From Phoronis australis (Eukaryota > Animalia > Phoronida): a stretch of DNA of 64,000 nucleotides. The position numbers and the translations under genes are program-made. Position 1 is the stretch's first letter. Each line of letters opens with the position of its first letter. Under the pieces are notes generated by a model. That model saw only the letters and a list, made by a program, of their open reading frames with translations, searched no databases and was not told the DNA's origin. Shown in pieces: positions 50,250-64,000 of the stretch. The stretch spans positions 923,107 through 987,106 of the forward strand of contig NMRA01000067.1 of the NCBI GenBank assembly GCA_002633005.1, read 5' to 3'.

Positions 50250-52369
50250 AAATGCACGCATTGAATAAATTTACTTCTCGTCAATAACTTCACTTAGTGA
50301 TGGCTACATAGAAAAGAAAAGTAAATAAATGACAAAGGTATGTCAAGGTGTGGCATGGGATTGTGTGGACGGTAGAGAAAAGGTAAAAACTCAATTAAGG
50401 CTTGGAAAATTATTAATTTCTTTCCAATGGAGAGAATTTCTAGCTGGTAGCCCAATTTGCAACACATGTTGTTCAAAGAAAGACAATTTTCTGATAATTA
50501 TCAAATTGAGTTTCAATTTGTTTTTGCATCCTCTCTCATCTTTGCCACATGATGATTGACATTAGTTCACACATGCAAAAACATTAACAATCCTACCACT
50601 TTCAAGGATTGGCAATCAATAATACCTGAAGTGAAGTAGAATTGAATATAAACATGGCAGTATTTTCGTGATCCAAAATCACATTGGTAAACTAATATAG
50701 GCATCATGATACTACAAGCACATTGATCCAGTCGAACCAGTGCCAAACAGCACTGAAAACACTTCCAATACTAGGGATTATCTTCATGTCAAATGACGTA
50801 ACTCTGTTTCAGTTAGCCAGCTTCTAAAGTTTGTGAAGGAGTTCCACAACAGACCTAGAGACCTTGCTTTTCTGGGAAAACAGAGGGAATTCGCAAGATC
50901 TGATTTATTTCACGGAATTGGAGATTTCATAGTAAAATGTCCATACTTCAGTAGCAGATACTACAATTCTAGAATCTGGTTTTTAATCATCAAAAAATAA
51001 GAATATTATCCATCAAATTTTACATGATGTGGCCACAAATCGAGCGTGGATTGATTTGTGACAGACATGCTCTTCATTCCTTCTGAAGGTGGCACTGTAG
51101 GTATGCAGCAAGTCATCCGTGAAACGGCGCTGCATTATAGTTCATCAGAAATATTAAGGTAATTTCCAGATAATTACTGTTATTTATCACTTGAAACTAG
51201 TAAAACACAACTGCATAATAAGCAGAATTCTATGTTTGCTTCAATGTATTTCTGTTTTTAACTCTTTCACCTCCAAGTAACTGTCGGCCATTGTGTCCCT
51301 GAACCCCAAGTAACTTAGTACACATGGGCTGAACTGAGGTGCTTGTTTTCAAAATTCCATAAACAGTCCATTTATCATTGAATTTCAAAGTGTAATACAC
51401 CAAAATGTAGAGAACAGAATGAACTTTATCTACAAATTCACCAAAATTAAAAAATCCCACTCTCTCATGTGATGCAGGTAAGTAACACCTGAAATGCCGG
51501 TGTTTGTTTGCCAATTTGCCAATTCAATGTATCGTTTAAAGAATAAAAATGATTTATGAGTAACAGTGTCGTGAATATTCTTCAGTAAAATTTCTTAAGA
51601 TACGTTTTTAATCACATTTCACATCTTCTATTTACATTTGAAGTCCATAAAGTGACTTAAATTAGGCGATCGTTAAGTTCAACGATTCAAATTTGTCCAC
51701 TTCCGGTTGTGACTCGCGCTTCCTTTGGGCGTTCAAATTAATTACCCTGACAATTTCACCGAATATTTCATCAATATAGAAATTTTTAAAGTACTCAACT
51801 TGCTTATCGTAACCATCGTAAACTCTAGAAGACTCCACATGTTCAGAAAATTTGCGAAGATGTCGAAGTTCAACGGCGTTTGTTTGACCCAATTGCGAAA
51901 TTCGCGACCTGCAAAGTTTTCCTCCGGTTCAAAGCCATGTAATTCAACTTCTTTGTCGTAATAGTCAACAAAATCTGGCCAGATTTATAAGAATTCCTTT
52001 TTGGGTTATCTTGTATATTAATTAAGTAAAAAGTATACAAATTATTGCCAATTTCGTCATTTGAAAAGTCTACGTCTGAATCGCCGTCGGCCGACATTTT
52101 GTTTTCGCGAGTCATCGATCTAAATTCTTGGAAAACCCCTTCAATAACTCACGTTACCTCTCAGCAACGAATCAGAAAAGCTGTTAGAAATGAAGGTAAG
52201 GCTATATTTAAATTTGTGACGTACACAAAAGAATTCCCCTAATCAACCAATCAAATATTCTGTTGCTTGGAAGTTCGGCATATCGTGAGACCGATAAAGC
52301 GGTCCACGGTGTTGAATGGAGGTAAGTTTCAGAGACCGCTTAAGCGGTCTGCGGTGTTGAAAGGGTTAA
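50250..52369 (-). mobile_element. Degraded piggyBac transposon with transposase pseudogene
   Basis: Terminus TTAA|CCCTTTCAACACCGCAGACCGC on the minus strand (52369 to 52344) with duplicated subterminal repeat; acidic start MSADGDSDVDFSNDEI; VEYFKNFYIDEIFGEIVRVINLNAQRK resembling piggyBac YF..FF.DE...IV..TN.YA; decayed DE..PF.G and KW.D motifs downstream. Left boundary approximate. Confidence 0.75.
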
Positions 52370-55300
52370 ACAGAAAACCGGGGTCTCTGGAGACTGTATG
52401 GCGTAAGCACACATTTGTTGCAATGGATTGTCTAAATCTGGTTTTTACCTGCTAAAGGATGTGGATTGTCCTTATTTTAGGTAAACGTTACCCCTGATTT
52501 CTGGTTTCACATTGAAATTAATCTCACATCCATTAATTAAAATGGGAAATAGGTTCTTCAGCTCAGACAACAATAGAAACGATGTCTTCAAGGGAGGCTG
52601 CTAAGAAGAAAGATCTCAACCCTAATGGGATCAGATCATTCTTTTCTTTTTGAGGATAACAGGCAATTAAAAATACTTCATCAATGCATCAATTTTTGAA
52701 AAAAATAGAGACAAGAAGCTCATGTTATCATGTCGTAAGTCCATTTGCAGCTAAGATAGTCGTGCACACAGTATTACAACTACAACAGAATGTTTTTTAG
52801 AAGAGCAAAAATGTCAATTGGATAATTATTCATATTCAAATATAATGACCACCTTCACGATCCACATTGAAAATTCAAATAAATGTTGTGACTGCCTTAG
52901 CTAAGATCATACGTACTAATATGTGGTCCTAGTCAACATTTGATAAAACAAGTCAGTGGAACCATTGCGCTACTTTATTTTAAGTGCTTAATAATTTTTG
53001 AGTGAAAATTAAATAATTTTAAATGTAAATAAAAGGCTTCAGATTGAAAATACACTCTATCAAATTCAAACTCCACAGCTTGCTGAACACAAGAAATAGT
53101 GACTATAATTAGACACATACAGCATTCTAACACAAAACAGCATTGCTAACAAAACAAAACAAAAATATCATCACTTGAAGAAAGTAGTCTCACAGCATGC
53201 ACATAAGTCCAGGGATATTAGCTTCCACCAAGCTAAAAGTCATCAAAACAAAAAGTCATTACATAGCAGCTAGAAACGATTAAAAATGTGACATTCGCAA
53301 AATCCTGGGTGCCTCAAGTAAGCATTACAAAATAATTTTTCAAAAGCCACTGATAATATCTTTCTTGGTTTTTCATATTCAAACTTATTCCAACTCAATT
53401 TTCTCTACATCAATGCCTAGTAATCTCAATTTCACTAACTCATTGACTCATCTTTACAATTTGGATATATTCTGCTAAAACCACTTTTTAATGACTGAAA
53501 TATTTTAATTCAAACACTTCATTTTTCACTTTCAATGCTAACCTGAACAAAAGTCTTAAGGTAAAAGGTTTGCATGCATGAGTAGTTTAACTCCTTCTTT
53601 GAGTAGTCATAGTTCTAAATCATATGTATTATCACAAACACATTTCATAAACATCTCCTACTAATTAGTTATATCACCAGTGCAGAAAGAGGGCAGAACA
53701 CAGCCCCAAGCAAAACTTTTTCGGGAAAACAACGAACAATAAAATCTGTTATTATAAAGCAATAAATTCAGCACAAACCATTCCCGATGCTATAGGAGCA
53801 ACTATCATCTTCAGACCATCCATCCTGCTCCAGGTCCAGCACCACTCACTCTGCCAACATGTGCATGATTGCAGGTCAGATGGCAGCGCCACCAGTTGTA
53901 CGGTGGACAAACACAGCAGTATATTGATTGTTAGTCATTGTTTAATTGTTTCATGTTGACTAGGACCACATATCAGCGTTTGGTTTAGTTCAAGAAGTGT
54001 ATTGACAATTCATCAAGTGACAGTGTTATTGATTTAAATAAATCCAACAGTATTAATTTATCAGGTAAACAGATATATCACCCGCACAGTGGAAATAACC
54101 ATGGCATTACATATTTTTGAATTACCTAATTCACTTGAAAAAATCTAAAGATGTCAATACCATCAAGTTCTCTTACTTTAAAAGCACAATTGGATATTGC
54201 CAAAGACAATACCATCATTCTGGTTTACCTTTGGTGAGCCAATCAAAATCAAGGTATTGGTTTACCAGTGATTAAACGTGTAAAATCAATCTACTTTTTC
54301 AGGAACTAAAATTGAGATTTTATGAAGAGTTAAAGAAACATTAAACAGAAAAAATTTGTAGAGTTAACATTACTGGAGACAGCACATTTTAAATATTAAC
54401 AGTAAATTTCTTGGCTTTGAAGATTTATAGGCCATTATCAAGCAGTCTGTGCACATTAAAATTAAAAAAAAAAAAAAAACAAATTCATATCAAAACAATG
54501 GTATCAATAACAAGATAAATTTAGTTTCAATGCAAATATTGAAGGTGAAATCTTAAGAATGTTGTCACAGTTTTCTAAATGACAATTTCATTACCACTTA
54601 AATAACTTATGATTTTTCACAGAAATACCTAACAGTCCCAGTTTCGACAGTCCCTCACCTAAGAGTGGGACAATTTAAAAAAAATTATTCCAAACATCGT
54701 TTTGGAAACTAGAGCATTTACGTTATCTGAAAGTTTTATTAGAATGCAATGGGCCAGTTCTGAAATATGATATTACCAAATTTGGATATCTTATCTTCAG
54801 TTATGACATTTACTTAAAGTCCGAAGCGAAATCAAGGTCAATTGTTGCCAATGAGTAATAATTTTCTGATTTCAGACAAGTAAGGACAAAGGTCTAAGAT
54901 CCATTGCCTTACCTTACAAACAGTTTGTAGAAGAGTTAACTAAAGCAAAAAGTACATCGGAACTGGGTTTTGATAAACAAAAGGCAACTTGCCTATGGAC
55001 ATTTGTCCTGGAGCAGGTGATGATTCAGACTGTGCCTGACACTTGGACATTAAAGTGGTAAAAAATGACACTCAGTGCATGCGCAGCAGATAAAGTGTGC
55101 CTGTAAGATGCATATTGTGTAGGTACGTAATGTGCTATTAATGTCTATGTCATCAAATCTGTGGTATATTCATCGTTCATGATATATTTTACTAAGTATG
55201 TTGGTTCAATAGACGTATTATTGATATTATTACTTAAAGTTTATTACAAAACTATAGTTACAAACCTAGATATAGAAACTCAGTAACTGCTAAAGTCAAA

Positions 55301-56699
55301 GGACAACAGTATTAATTTGAGGTTTGTTACATACCCCTGCCTAAAAATTTTTAGTTCAAAATTTCACAAATGTACAAATTAGTTTATTGTACTCAGTCCA
55401 CAACACTTAATTGTAGAAAGGAGTATCAACAAATGAGGGGATATCAAGAACTTTTCCGAAATAAAATCGACATTCTGCTCCTTTGTATTCAACAGAAAAG
55501 CAGACAGCCTAATGCTCCCACATTTAACAGACACAAAGCAGGAAATTCATTAAAACACAGTCAGCTAATTCTACAATTACAGTAGTTCCAAAACAGTCTT
55601 TCTAATTACAATTGCACAATTCCAAACCAAGCATTTCAGATATTCTCAGATTCAGGAATAAGAGTTAGTGTAGATGAGGTAGATGTTGCAAATTAGCGCC
55701 ACTAATACGCAATTAGTCAACTTAAATATAGCTCATCAAACTAAATGCTGCTACAAATTAGACATACAACAACAGCTTCAGACAAAAGGATATTATTACA
55801 GCAAAGTCGAATTGTAGTACGGCCCGAAGCTAACTAATGGTTAGATTTCAATTTATACATACATATCACATTTCATCTAGACCCACAATTTCATAAAAAA
55901 CTTTAGTTTGCTGACATCAAGTAGTAGCCACATACACCCAGAGCCGACGAAAGTTAAAGAATTGCGACTCAACTGTGAATAAGTTCTCAACAAAAATAAG
56001 TACTACGGAAATATGAATGCCTGTAGGTTTTCTTAGGTCATTATTCATTAGCCCTCCACATCAGTGTCATTAATAATAAGAATAATAATGGGACAGTGGT
56101 GATGGAAAGGCCAATCCATTACTTAGGCCTTCTGCAGGCCCTGATTGCAACAGTCAGATTTCACTGCCCAGTGTTCTCCACATCTGAAAATCTAAACAGG
56201 TTGCACGCGCTGAGCAGCAAACATGCGGGAAGCGTGCGGCAGTCAACGTTCTCTCAAAGCTAGTGTGCACCTTATTTTTATTCAAGTATTGGGTTGTCAT
56301 AAAAAGCAATGCAGTCAAAAACATCACAAAAAATCTATTCTAAGTAAAAAAACAATGCAAAAGTTCCCCTCTTGGTAAAAATTCCCCTTTTAGAAGGAGC
56401 AGTCACCTTTCCCCTCAGATGAGTGAGGGCCTTGGAATTTTACACATTTTTGAAGGAGAAATTGAAGAAGTATATGCAAGTTTCCGAGGCATGACATTTC
56501 TTTTTTTGGCAACCTCAGATTTCATTTGGCGACCTAGGATTTCCACCAAATCATCAAATGCATCAAACTAGGTGTGGAGCACTGCGATTACATGAATTGC
56601 CAGGATAAACCATTGACTATTATCAAGGTGATAAACAAGAACAAAGAGGGCATTAACTTGCCTTCATAACATTTAATATATATTGTAATTTTATTTCCT

Positions 56700-59690
56700 T
56701 TAAGGGTGTATGTTGTGAATTGACAAATTAAACGTGGAACTATGAAAGTGGATGGCAGCTCAACAAAGAGAAATGTCTTAACCACGCCACTTAACCCTAG
56801 ACTACCACTGGACATGAAGGTTTCAAATGCTGTCAAATTGCAAATAGTTTTCTCTTTAACACTTGTGCTATGATTTGTAGCGGAAGTTACAGTAGCACAA
56901 GTTATCTTGTGGTCAAACATAGGATTATGATGAGAACAACTACTGCTGTTTGAATCAATGAGACATCCGCATAAATGAAGCTTGACACAACAAAAATGAC
57001 AGCTCAAAAGGCTTGGTATCAGGAATATACCGCAGCATGCAAAAGTCCCTTTGCCCAAAGCCCGTTTTGATAATTCAGCTCTTTTCGGCCAATGTTTCAT
57101 TGAGATATGATCAACACCCATGGTAGAGAATATGTTGTTGTGTAGTAAAAGACTTCCGCTATTACAGGCTTGGTTGAGGAATTTCATAACTGTGGTAGGC
57201 GTGGCCGAAATGCCGTAGGTGGATCCAGGGGGATCAAGGGGTACCGGAAGCCCTTTTTCCACTTGATTTTACCAACATCAAATTTAGAATTTTCAAATAG
57301 TTGACTTGGACACTCCTTTTTAAAAAAATCCTTGATCCGACTTCCACTATGTGAAAAATTCTGGATCCGCCTAAAAAGTTACTGCATTTGTTGGAACTAT
57401 CCATTGTCAAACTTATTATTATTATTAATTAACAAGGCAGATGAAGTATTTCATTGACACTAAACTTCCGTTTGCACTATTGGTCTATTTAGTAGGTTTT
57501 AATGATAAGGCATTACCTGTGGACATTCGCACGTTGCAATTAATTTTCTGTCAAAGATAAAATTGCATTCCGTTATCGTTTTGCAATTATAACCATTATT
57601 ATGACACTCACTACTTGAAATGCACCCAAAGTTATATAATCTCATTTTCAGTTACAATACTGACACCAAGAAAAGCGCAAATTATAAAGGGGCTGGAAGC
57701 AGACTATATCATTCGCTCATTGTTAGCCAACACATTAATACCAGACATCATGCAATGCTGCAGCATTTTTGTTTGCCTCCACAAAAGAGGAGAGTTCAAT
57801 ACAGACCGAGTTAATTGGTGTTTCTGAATTAAACATTTGCTTGTTAAAGTGGAACTTGCAAGCTAATTACTTACCTCCATGATTGCTTGGTCAAATTATT
57901 TAACAACACAACATATAGCCATGATGAGAATGTGAAGTAGGTTGAAAATTGTCAAATGTTTTTAAGAATGAGTTTTGTGTCCAAAAACGATCTGCCATAA
58001 ATCATTGAACCGTATTCAGTAAGTATGATGACATGGTTCTGGGGAATAACACTGATGCATGCTATGTGACCCCTCCCAAGGTACGACATTGGCGCAAAGG
58101 TCACCTGTTCGCAAAATTTTTCGTTTTTGCATTTACAAGTTGTCAGTGAATACAACTGCTTTTTGTTTAGTGTAGATGATGTTGAAATAGCATACATTAG
58201 CATAGTTAGTGGCATGCAAATACACCTTTAAACAGCACAAACCCAACCTAGGCACTCAGGGTGAACTCAAAGGCAATGGTACACCATGCCAAACTACTTT
58301 TTTCTTTTTAATTTAGATCTGAGCTACCACTTAAAGCTTTCTAAATCATGCGTAAATTTACCTTCAAATAAAAACCTAATTTGTTTAACCTTGCCAGAAT
58401 TGTTTCTGTCAGAGGACAGTTTAATCCAGGTTGGGACAATTGGTATTGCTGATTCGTACATTTCCTTGCGAGGACATTTTGTTGTTAAAACCACAGGCTC
58501 TCTGTACATTCAAGGAGGTGGGCTCACATCCAATATCACAGGTATGATAAACCATGCCCATCAATCTACTTGCTATGAAGCAACTGCTTTTTGAGCTTTC
58601 TAGACCATGTGTAAATTTCACTGGCTCTAAATTCCTTTTTGCAGCTCGGATGTGTGTCTTTTATAATTCCTTGACATCTGTTTACCATAGAGCAAAATGG
58701 AGGTTCTTATTGGTATCGCATTTGATAACTCACCACCATCAACAATGCCCTCTATCTCGAATATCACCATCTGGCCTGCTACATCTGAAACAAAGCGCAC
58801 ATTGTTTTCTTAAAGAAGCCTTTTGCCATTGTTTAGTTGGCATTGTTGAATTCTTAGCCAAAGCCATTTGGAGTTTTAAAATAATACCTACCTCATCTGA
58901 TCTTGAACTGTTGCCCTGGAGAAGGCAACTCAAGTTACAGACAATGCATAGTTTTACTCAAACACGCAATTTCAGGGCTGACTAACCACACAGTGCTTGG
59001 AATGACCAATGACAAAAAAGAGGAAAATTATCCAGGTGATGTATTGTTCCACAAATAAACAGGCTTGTGTGATAAAGTTGTGTGATACAGCTATAAAATT
59101 AAACCGAAATAACATTGTTGCATGAATAAAGTCAAAATAATGACAAAAAGAGACGAAAAAGAGGAACCTGGACATTGCTGTAGGATACTACATAACTTAA
59201 GTTGATGCACAGATACAGGGCTAGCGGTTCCACTGTATAAATGACCTGTTGCTTTAGTCAATTCATTCTACAGTCATGAAGGTACTAAACACTTACCTCT
59301 TCAGTTGCCACTTGTCTGATTCCTTCTTTGTACCTTTTGTCTACTTGCCCTTTCACTTCTCTCCAGTCGATATCGATGTGGTATTAAGGGCATGTTCACC
59401 GACAAGTGGCTCAAGATCTCACCTGGTATACAGCTGGGGGGAAGCGGAAGAAGTCCTCGCAAACAATGACCTGAAGATAAGTTTAAAAACCCCATTTCTT
59501 AACTACTTGATGAAAACACTGCGTTTTTGGACGACTAAGTGCAGACAGCCAAAGCACGTGCAAATCTCACCGACGTCTAGTGGGTTTCTTTTCAAACATG
59601 CATCTTGATTTTGACTAGTTTAAACACAAAATAATGAAACAAGAGCAACACGAAGCGTTACAAAGTGCCCATGACTGCAACACAAATGGA
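56700..59690 (-). pseudogene. Heavily decayed ISL2EU/Harbinger-like coding relic (THAP, YqaJ-like nuclease, HTH and DDE_Tnp_4-like traces)
   Basis: Frame-broken motifs read by eye: PTRRR..LWLSALSRP..VIVCEDFF; IGCEP / VVLTTKCPRK; LKMRL; IVPTNAVTF; LAEKS; SVKEKTICNLTAFETF. Needs HMM confirmation. Confidence 0.45.
57216..57373. mobile_element. Short MITE inserted in the decayed transposase
   Basis: TAGGTGGATCCAG / CTGGATCCGCCTA inverted termini; no clear TSD. Confidence 0.7.
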
Positions 59691-59739
59691 TCCTTCTAAT
59701 GGTGTATTAAGTATCATAAGAACAGGATCCTCATTCACC

Positions 59740-60350
59740 TAGGGTCCTCGATGCCTTGAAATTTGGGCCAAATGGCCCCATTCCCTTCTTAAAAATATCT
59801 AAAAATTCCCCTCAACGGGTCGAAAATTCCCCTTTTGACTGATTAAAAATTCCCCGTTTAGTTCTAACCTCAGATAACCATAAAATACTGCATTTAAACC
59901 ACTGAATTTAATCACAGGGTCGCCAAACACTTGAAACGTCACAAACTGGTTTCCCTACAATGAAAGCGCCACATACAGGAGTGCTGTAACTAGTTTTACA
60001 TTATTTCACTCTCGCATATTGAAAACGCAAAACTAAAAAAGACAGCATTTGTTCATTTGCACCTCAAAATGGAACACAATCAAACTCTGCAAGGTAAAGA
60101 AGAATTACAAAAAGCCACGTGGCGGAGCGCAGAAACATAAAGGGACTGTCTTCAATGACGAACTTGCTGTGCACTCCACTCAGAAGCAGTCTCAAGCACC
60201 ACGTTTGAACAGCAAGTTCATCAGGATTATCAAAGATGTTGTTAACAAGACTAATCTCAATGGCCGCCGCAATTATTGTGTCATGGACCATGGCGACACC
60301 TAACGGGCGTGTGTGGTCCAACGAAGTATGCGAGGCATCAACTAGCATGG
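59740..60350 (+). mobile_element. Possible left end of a hAT element
   Basis: TAGGGTCCTC start with AAATTCCCC subrepeats (related end at ~56360-56435); KKPRGGAQKHK resembles N-termini of ZMYM1-like hAT transposases. Confidence 0.35.
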
Positions 60351-61185
60351 CCTATTTTATTTTGTCAAATTCAAAAGTGTGAAGTGCGTTTAAAATATTG
60401 AGAATAAAAAATATAAGCAGTATATTGGGAAAATTCACACAAAGGCAAAATCAAGGAAAAATGCGGGCAGCAAAGGTAATAAATTACTGGAAATACATCA
60501 TAACAAGAGGGTGACTCAGTTATCAGTGATGGCCAGGTGAAAGTACTAGCGACTGGAGGGTGGGCAGGTACAGAACCTGCAGGATTTTGTTCAAGAGGGT
60601 CAGGGAAGTAACAAACATAAGATAGGTCTGCTGAAGAAGAGGTAGGAGCTAGGAGCAAAAACGGGGGCAGGGGAATGAGCGCCTCTCAACCAAAAGGTTG
60701 GGGGCGGAGGTTAGCTTTCCACCTCAGTATTCCAGGTGTTAATCATCAATTGATTAACAACTAATAATTAAAACTTTCAACACACGAACTTTTTCAAATG
60801 CTTCCTACGCCAATGTCCACAAACAGCTTGAGCTCTTATCGTATATTCACACCTTATGACATTCTACATTCGATGAGTAGGGGGGGGTCTGTGCCCGCTT
60901 GCACGAAACAGTCTTTCTTTAATATCAGCTTATGCCGTTTTGTAATAATATAACTGAAAACTATGCCCTTAATTCAGTCATAATATTTAGGGTCTAAAAT
61001 TAAGGGTATTGCATGAAAAGATCCCGCCTACGTATTAGTTACTTTCAATATTATTGAGAATTTAATTTAAAGTTGATTCTCAATCTGTATCAAAGCTAAA
61101 AATTGACTTAGTAATGAGACTCAAACAGCATAAGGAAGGATAATCGGTGTTTTCACCTGACAAATATGCAGTAGATTTAGTTGAG

Positions 61186-61650
61186 TTCTTATTTAAGACC
61201 GTTTCGTGCAACCCGCGGGGCCCTGGACCCCCGCATCTGTTGGGAGGGGGTGAAAACCAGCCACGGATGTAATTCCTGCCAGCAGTCCACTAAACCTGCT
61301 TTGCATGTCCTCAAAAAAACAACCAATTTGATAAATTTCATGCAAATCCACCAAGAAACTCCAAAGATATAGAGGTAAAAAAATAAAATTGCTAACAAGG
61401 GGTACTAGTGGTAGTAAATTTTTTTTTGAAACTCATGGCCGGCTGTAGTCAGATTCATAAGAACACAGCTGTCAAATCTAATTATGACCCTGCAAGGGGA
61501 TTATCAGATACAACGGCTGCCGGACACTAGACAGGGACGACATGTAAATATGTAGAACCATAAAAATGAAACAGGAGAGAGTTGGCTATTTGGGCAACCT
61601 TGGCGCAAAGCTATATACTAAATATATAGCGTTACGCCGATATAGGTAAA
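61186..61650 (+). repeat. Helentron/HINE-like element with 3' palindrome
   Basis: AAATTTCATGCAAATCC core shared with the 14.8 kb and 63.9 kb repeats; terminal hairpin GCTATATA-CTAAA-TATATAGC at ~61610-61630. Confidence 0.45.
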
Positions 61651-62188
61651 AATCTGACCAGATAAAATCTGACATAAAATCAATGTCATTAAAAACTAAA
61701 ATCTTCTTGAGTAAATTGAATTATTTAACGGTGTTGGAAAAATTGGCGTTCTACCGTTATTATGCTGCTAAAGTTGTGGAGCGATCTTTCGCATCAGCTT
61801 TCGGTGCTATGAAATATTAATTGCGTCACCTATTGACCAGTTTCTTTTTTCGCTGATTCTTCAATCAACTGCTCTTCTTTCACGAGGTTGCATAGATGTC
61901 ACAACAAATTATCGGAACTGGTTTCATTTAATTACAAGTTTTTCGTATTTTAATACCAGCAAACCGAATTTCAGAATTAATTTTGCTGCTGCGAAGCTGT
62001 CATCTCCCGAAAGATGTCGCAAATCGGGTGCAAGCGCGTGACACGAGCATACTGTTTTCAGAACGACAAAATACTTTTCATTGCTACAAAAGGCGAAGAA
62101 TTACGCAAGAAAATGTTTATTAGATTGTTTTTCACTTAAACGGCTGTAATGGGCAAAGTGATTGTCAGTTAATTCCCAGATTTTGCAT

Positions 62189-62683
62189 CAGGCCTTCATG
62201 CAGCATACGTCCTGGGGGCATCCATTTGGACGCCCTAGCACTAATCTGAGCTCCCTGGCAAGGAGGCCCAATGTATCATTTGGACGCCCATTGTCAATAG
62301 GAACCTTTCAAGTTTGGACTCACACATTGTAATGAATACTAGGAAGCCTCTGAAGGCTCACAGTGGGGGCTCTTTTTTCAAAGCAGGAAGAAATATACAA
62401 TGCATATACAAAGTATATGCATTGTTGCTATTTTGACACTTGATTGACAACAGCATTGTAAAAGTCTTGGTCTACAGTTTTTTTAGTAAAAATGCTCACC
62501 ATAGAAGGCTGTTTTATAAACTTAGACGTAAAAACCTTGATCTACGCATTTTTTGTAAAAAAAATCTGTGTGTTTGGGGGTATTGATGGGGGTGGGGGGT
62601 TACGCGTCGGAATCATGGACGCCCTGGAATATTGGGAACTCCATTTTGGACACCCTATTTTCAAAATCCTGGATAAAGGCCTG
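62189..62683 (+). mobile_element. hAT-type MITE family A, copy 3
   Basis: CAGGCCTTCATGCAG / CTGGATAAAGGCCTG; perfect 8-bp TSD TTTTGCAT; inserted in a fragment homologous to 32230-32320. Confidence 0.92.
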
Positions 62684-62904
62684 TTTTGCATGCACCCCGT
62701 CTGGTCTTTCACATGACGACATTCTCTCGTTCAGTGACTTTACCAGACGTAGAGGGTTGTGAGCATGTAATAACATCTAGCTCCTTTGTTAACTGCCAAG
62801 AACAGTCTTTTATCTGTTATGACAACAAGCAGGCCAATTACCTACCATGCTTATAACAGACCAGGTGTCAACACAGTCAAACCCAGAGCGAATTGGTACG
62901 TTTG

Positions 62905-63230
62905 GAAAGAATAGATTGTCGTAACTTCAGTAGTAGTTAGGCAATTTTGGCGATTCAAAAACGAAAAATGACCAGCATTTGACAAGGAATTCAGAGATGC
63001 TATATTGGTCTATGTTCAAATATGTTATAACAGAACTTTTATTTTTAACAGCACAGCCCAGTCAGGCTAGATATGATCTTATTGGAGATTAGAGCAATTA
63101 TCGAACAAGAGACCTGGCCCTCCAACCATAAATGCCAGAATAGAGCTAATCAGCCGTGTAAGATATTGGCTACAGGGGTAAACTTCCCAACTTGTTGTTG
63201 GGCTATAGAATCGAACAAGTAATGTGATGA
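62905..63230 (-). repeat. Dispersed repeat homologous to 30315-30381 joined to 30901-31145 (empty site of the Harbinger insertion)
   Basis: Reverse complement reads CAATATCTTACACGG-CTG-ATTAGCTCTATTCTGGCATT without interruption. Confidence 0.85.
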
Positions 63231-64000
63231 GCTACATGTTGATACAAGTTTCACTGTGAGGTGACAAGCAGAACTGCCCTGGCTGTGTGCAGTTTCGAGG
63301 TCTGTTGGCATTGAACACAGACAGTGGTTCCTAGCTGTATTTTGAAGACAGTCAGTCTTCATACAGCTAGCTGGCTGGCTGTTAGGGCTGATTTAGGGGC
63401 TCCTGCACTCTCTAGCTGCCCAAGAAATCAAAGCAAGGCTGTGTCACACAATTCAAACAAGAGCAACGTGGAGCGTTGAAATGCGCCCACAATTGCACCG
63501 CATACGGTATCCTTCTAGGTTTGTTTGTTGGTACCATAAAGTGGCCAGTAGAGGGCATACTTTGCAAAATGGAAAGGCATGGTCATTGTCTCCTCAATAG
63601 GCTACGGGCAAAATGTGAGAAATCTTCATGATACAAGCACATCCTATACACCAGTTGCTTAAAGCACCACAGAAACATAGAATTAAAAACAAATTTACCA
63701 ACATACGAGATTAGCACAGCATTAGAATGCCAGAAACAAATTTCTACTAGGAACTTTTCCTTCACAGTCATGAAGTAACACAAAGTATACACCTGAAGAC
63801 CTATGAAAATACAGAGGTCAATGTAAAATACTAAAATTGCCACTAGAGGCAAATACTAAAATTGCCACTAGAGGCATACCGGTAATCAGAATCATCCTAA
63901 AGTCGTCATCGTCCGTTGTCAACATCACATAAATACACTTGCTAAATTTAGTAAAGATCCTGCAAACGGTTTGGGAGATACAGCCATGGGCGCAAAAAAA

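Noticed and set aside
56588-57262. 224-aa ORF as a host gene
   Set aside because: Its start lies inside a MITE insertion, and the remainder looks like decayed transposase sequence.

Overview
AT-rich eukaryotic DNA, most likely from a marine invertebrate; no host exon, tRNA or rRNA gene was recognised. It is a patchwork of DNA-transposon relics (hAT and hAT5-type MITEs, Harbinger, Tc1/mariner-type, EnSpm-type, piggyBac, THAP/ISL2EU-like, Helentron-like) plus an L1/Tx1 fragment. The one intact coding unit is a full-length non-LTR retrotransposon (34017-38643, APE-RT-RNase H, I/Ingi-like) with a 7-bp TSD. Its 5' leader is the main finding. The element starts exactly at G1 of an HDV-like self-cleaving ribozyme. 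Just upstream of the ORF sits a triple-pseudoknot RNA with the topology of a dicistrovirus intergenic-region (IGR) IRES: PKII, PKIII, SL-IV, SL-V with a CAGCC loop, SL-III, and PKI ending CCT followed by GCT. That GCT (34905) is in frame with pol and restores the AUG-less N-terminus, including the first APE motifs. All RNA structures were paired by hand and are untested.
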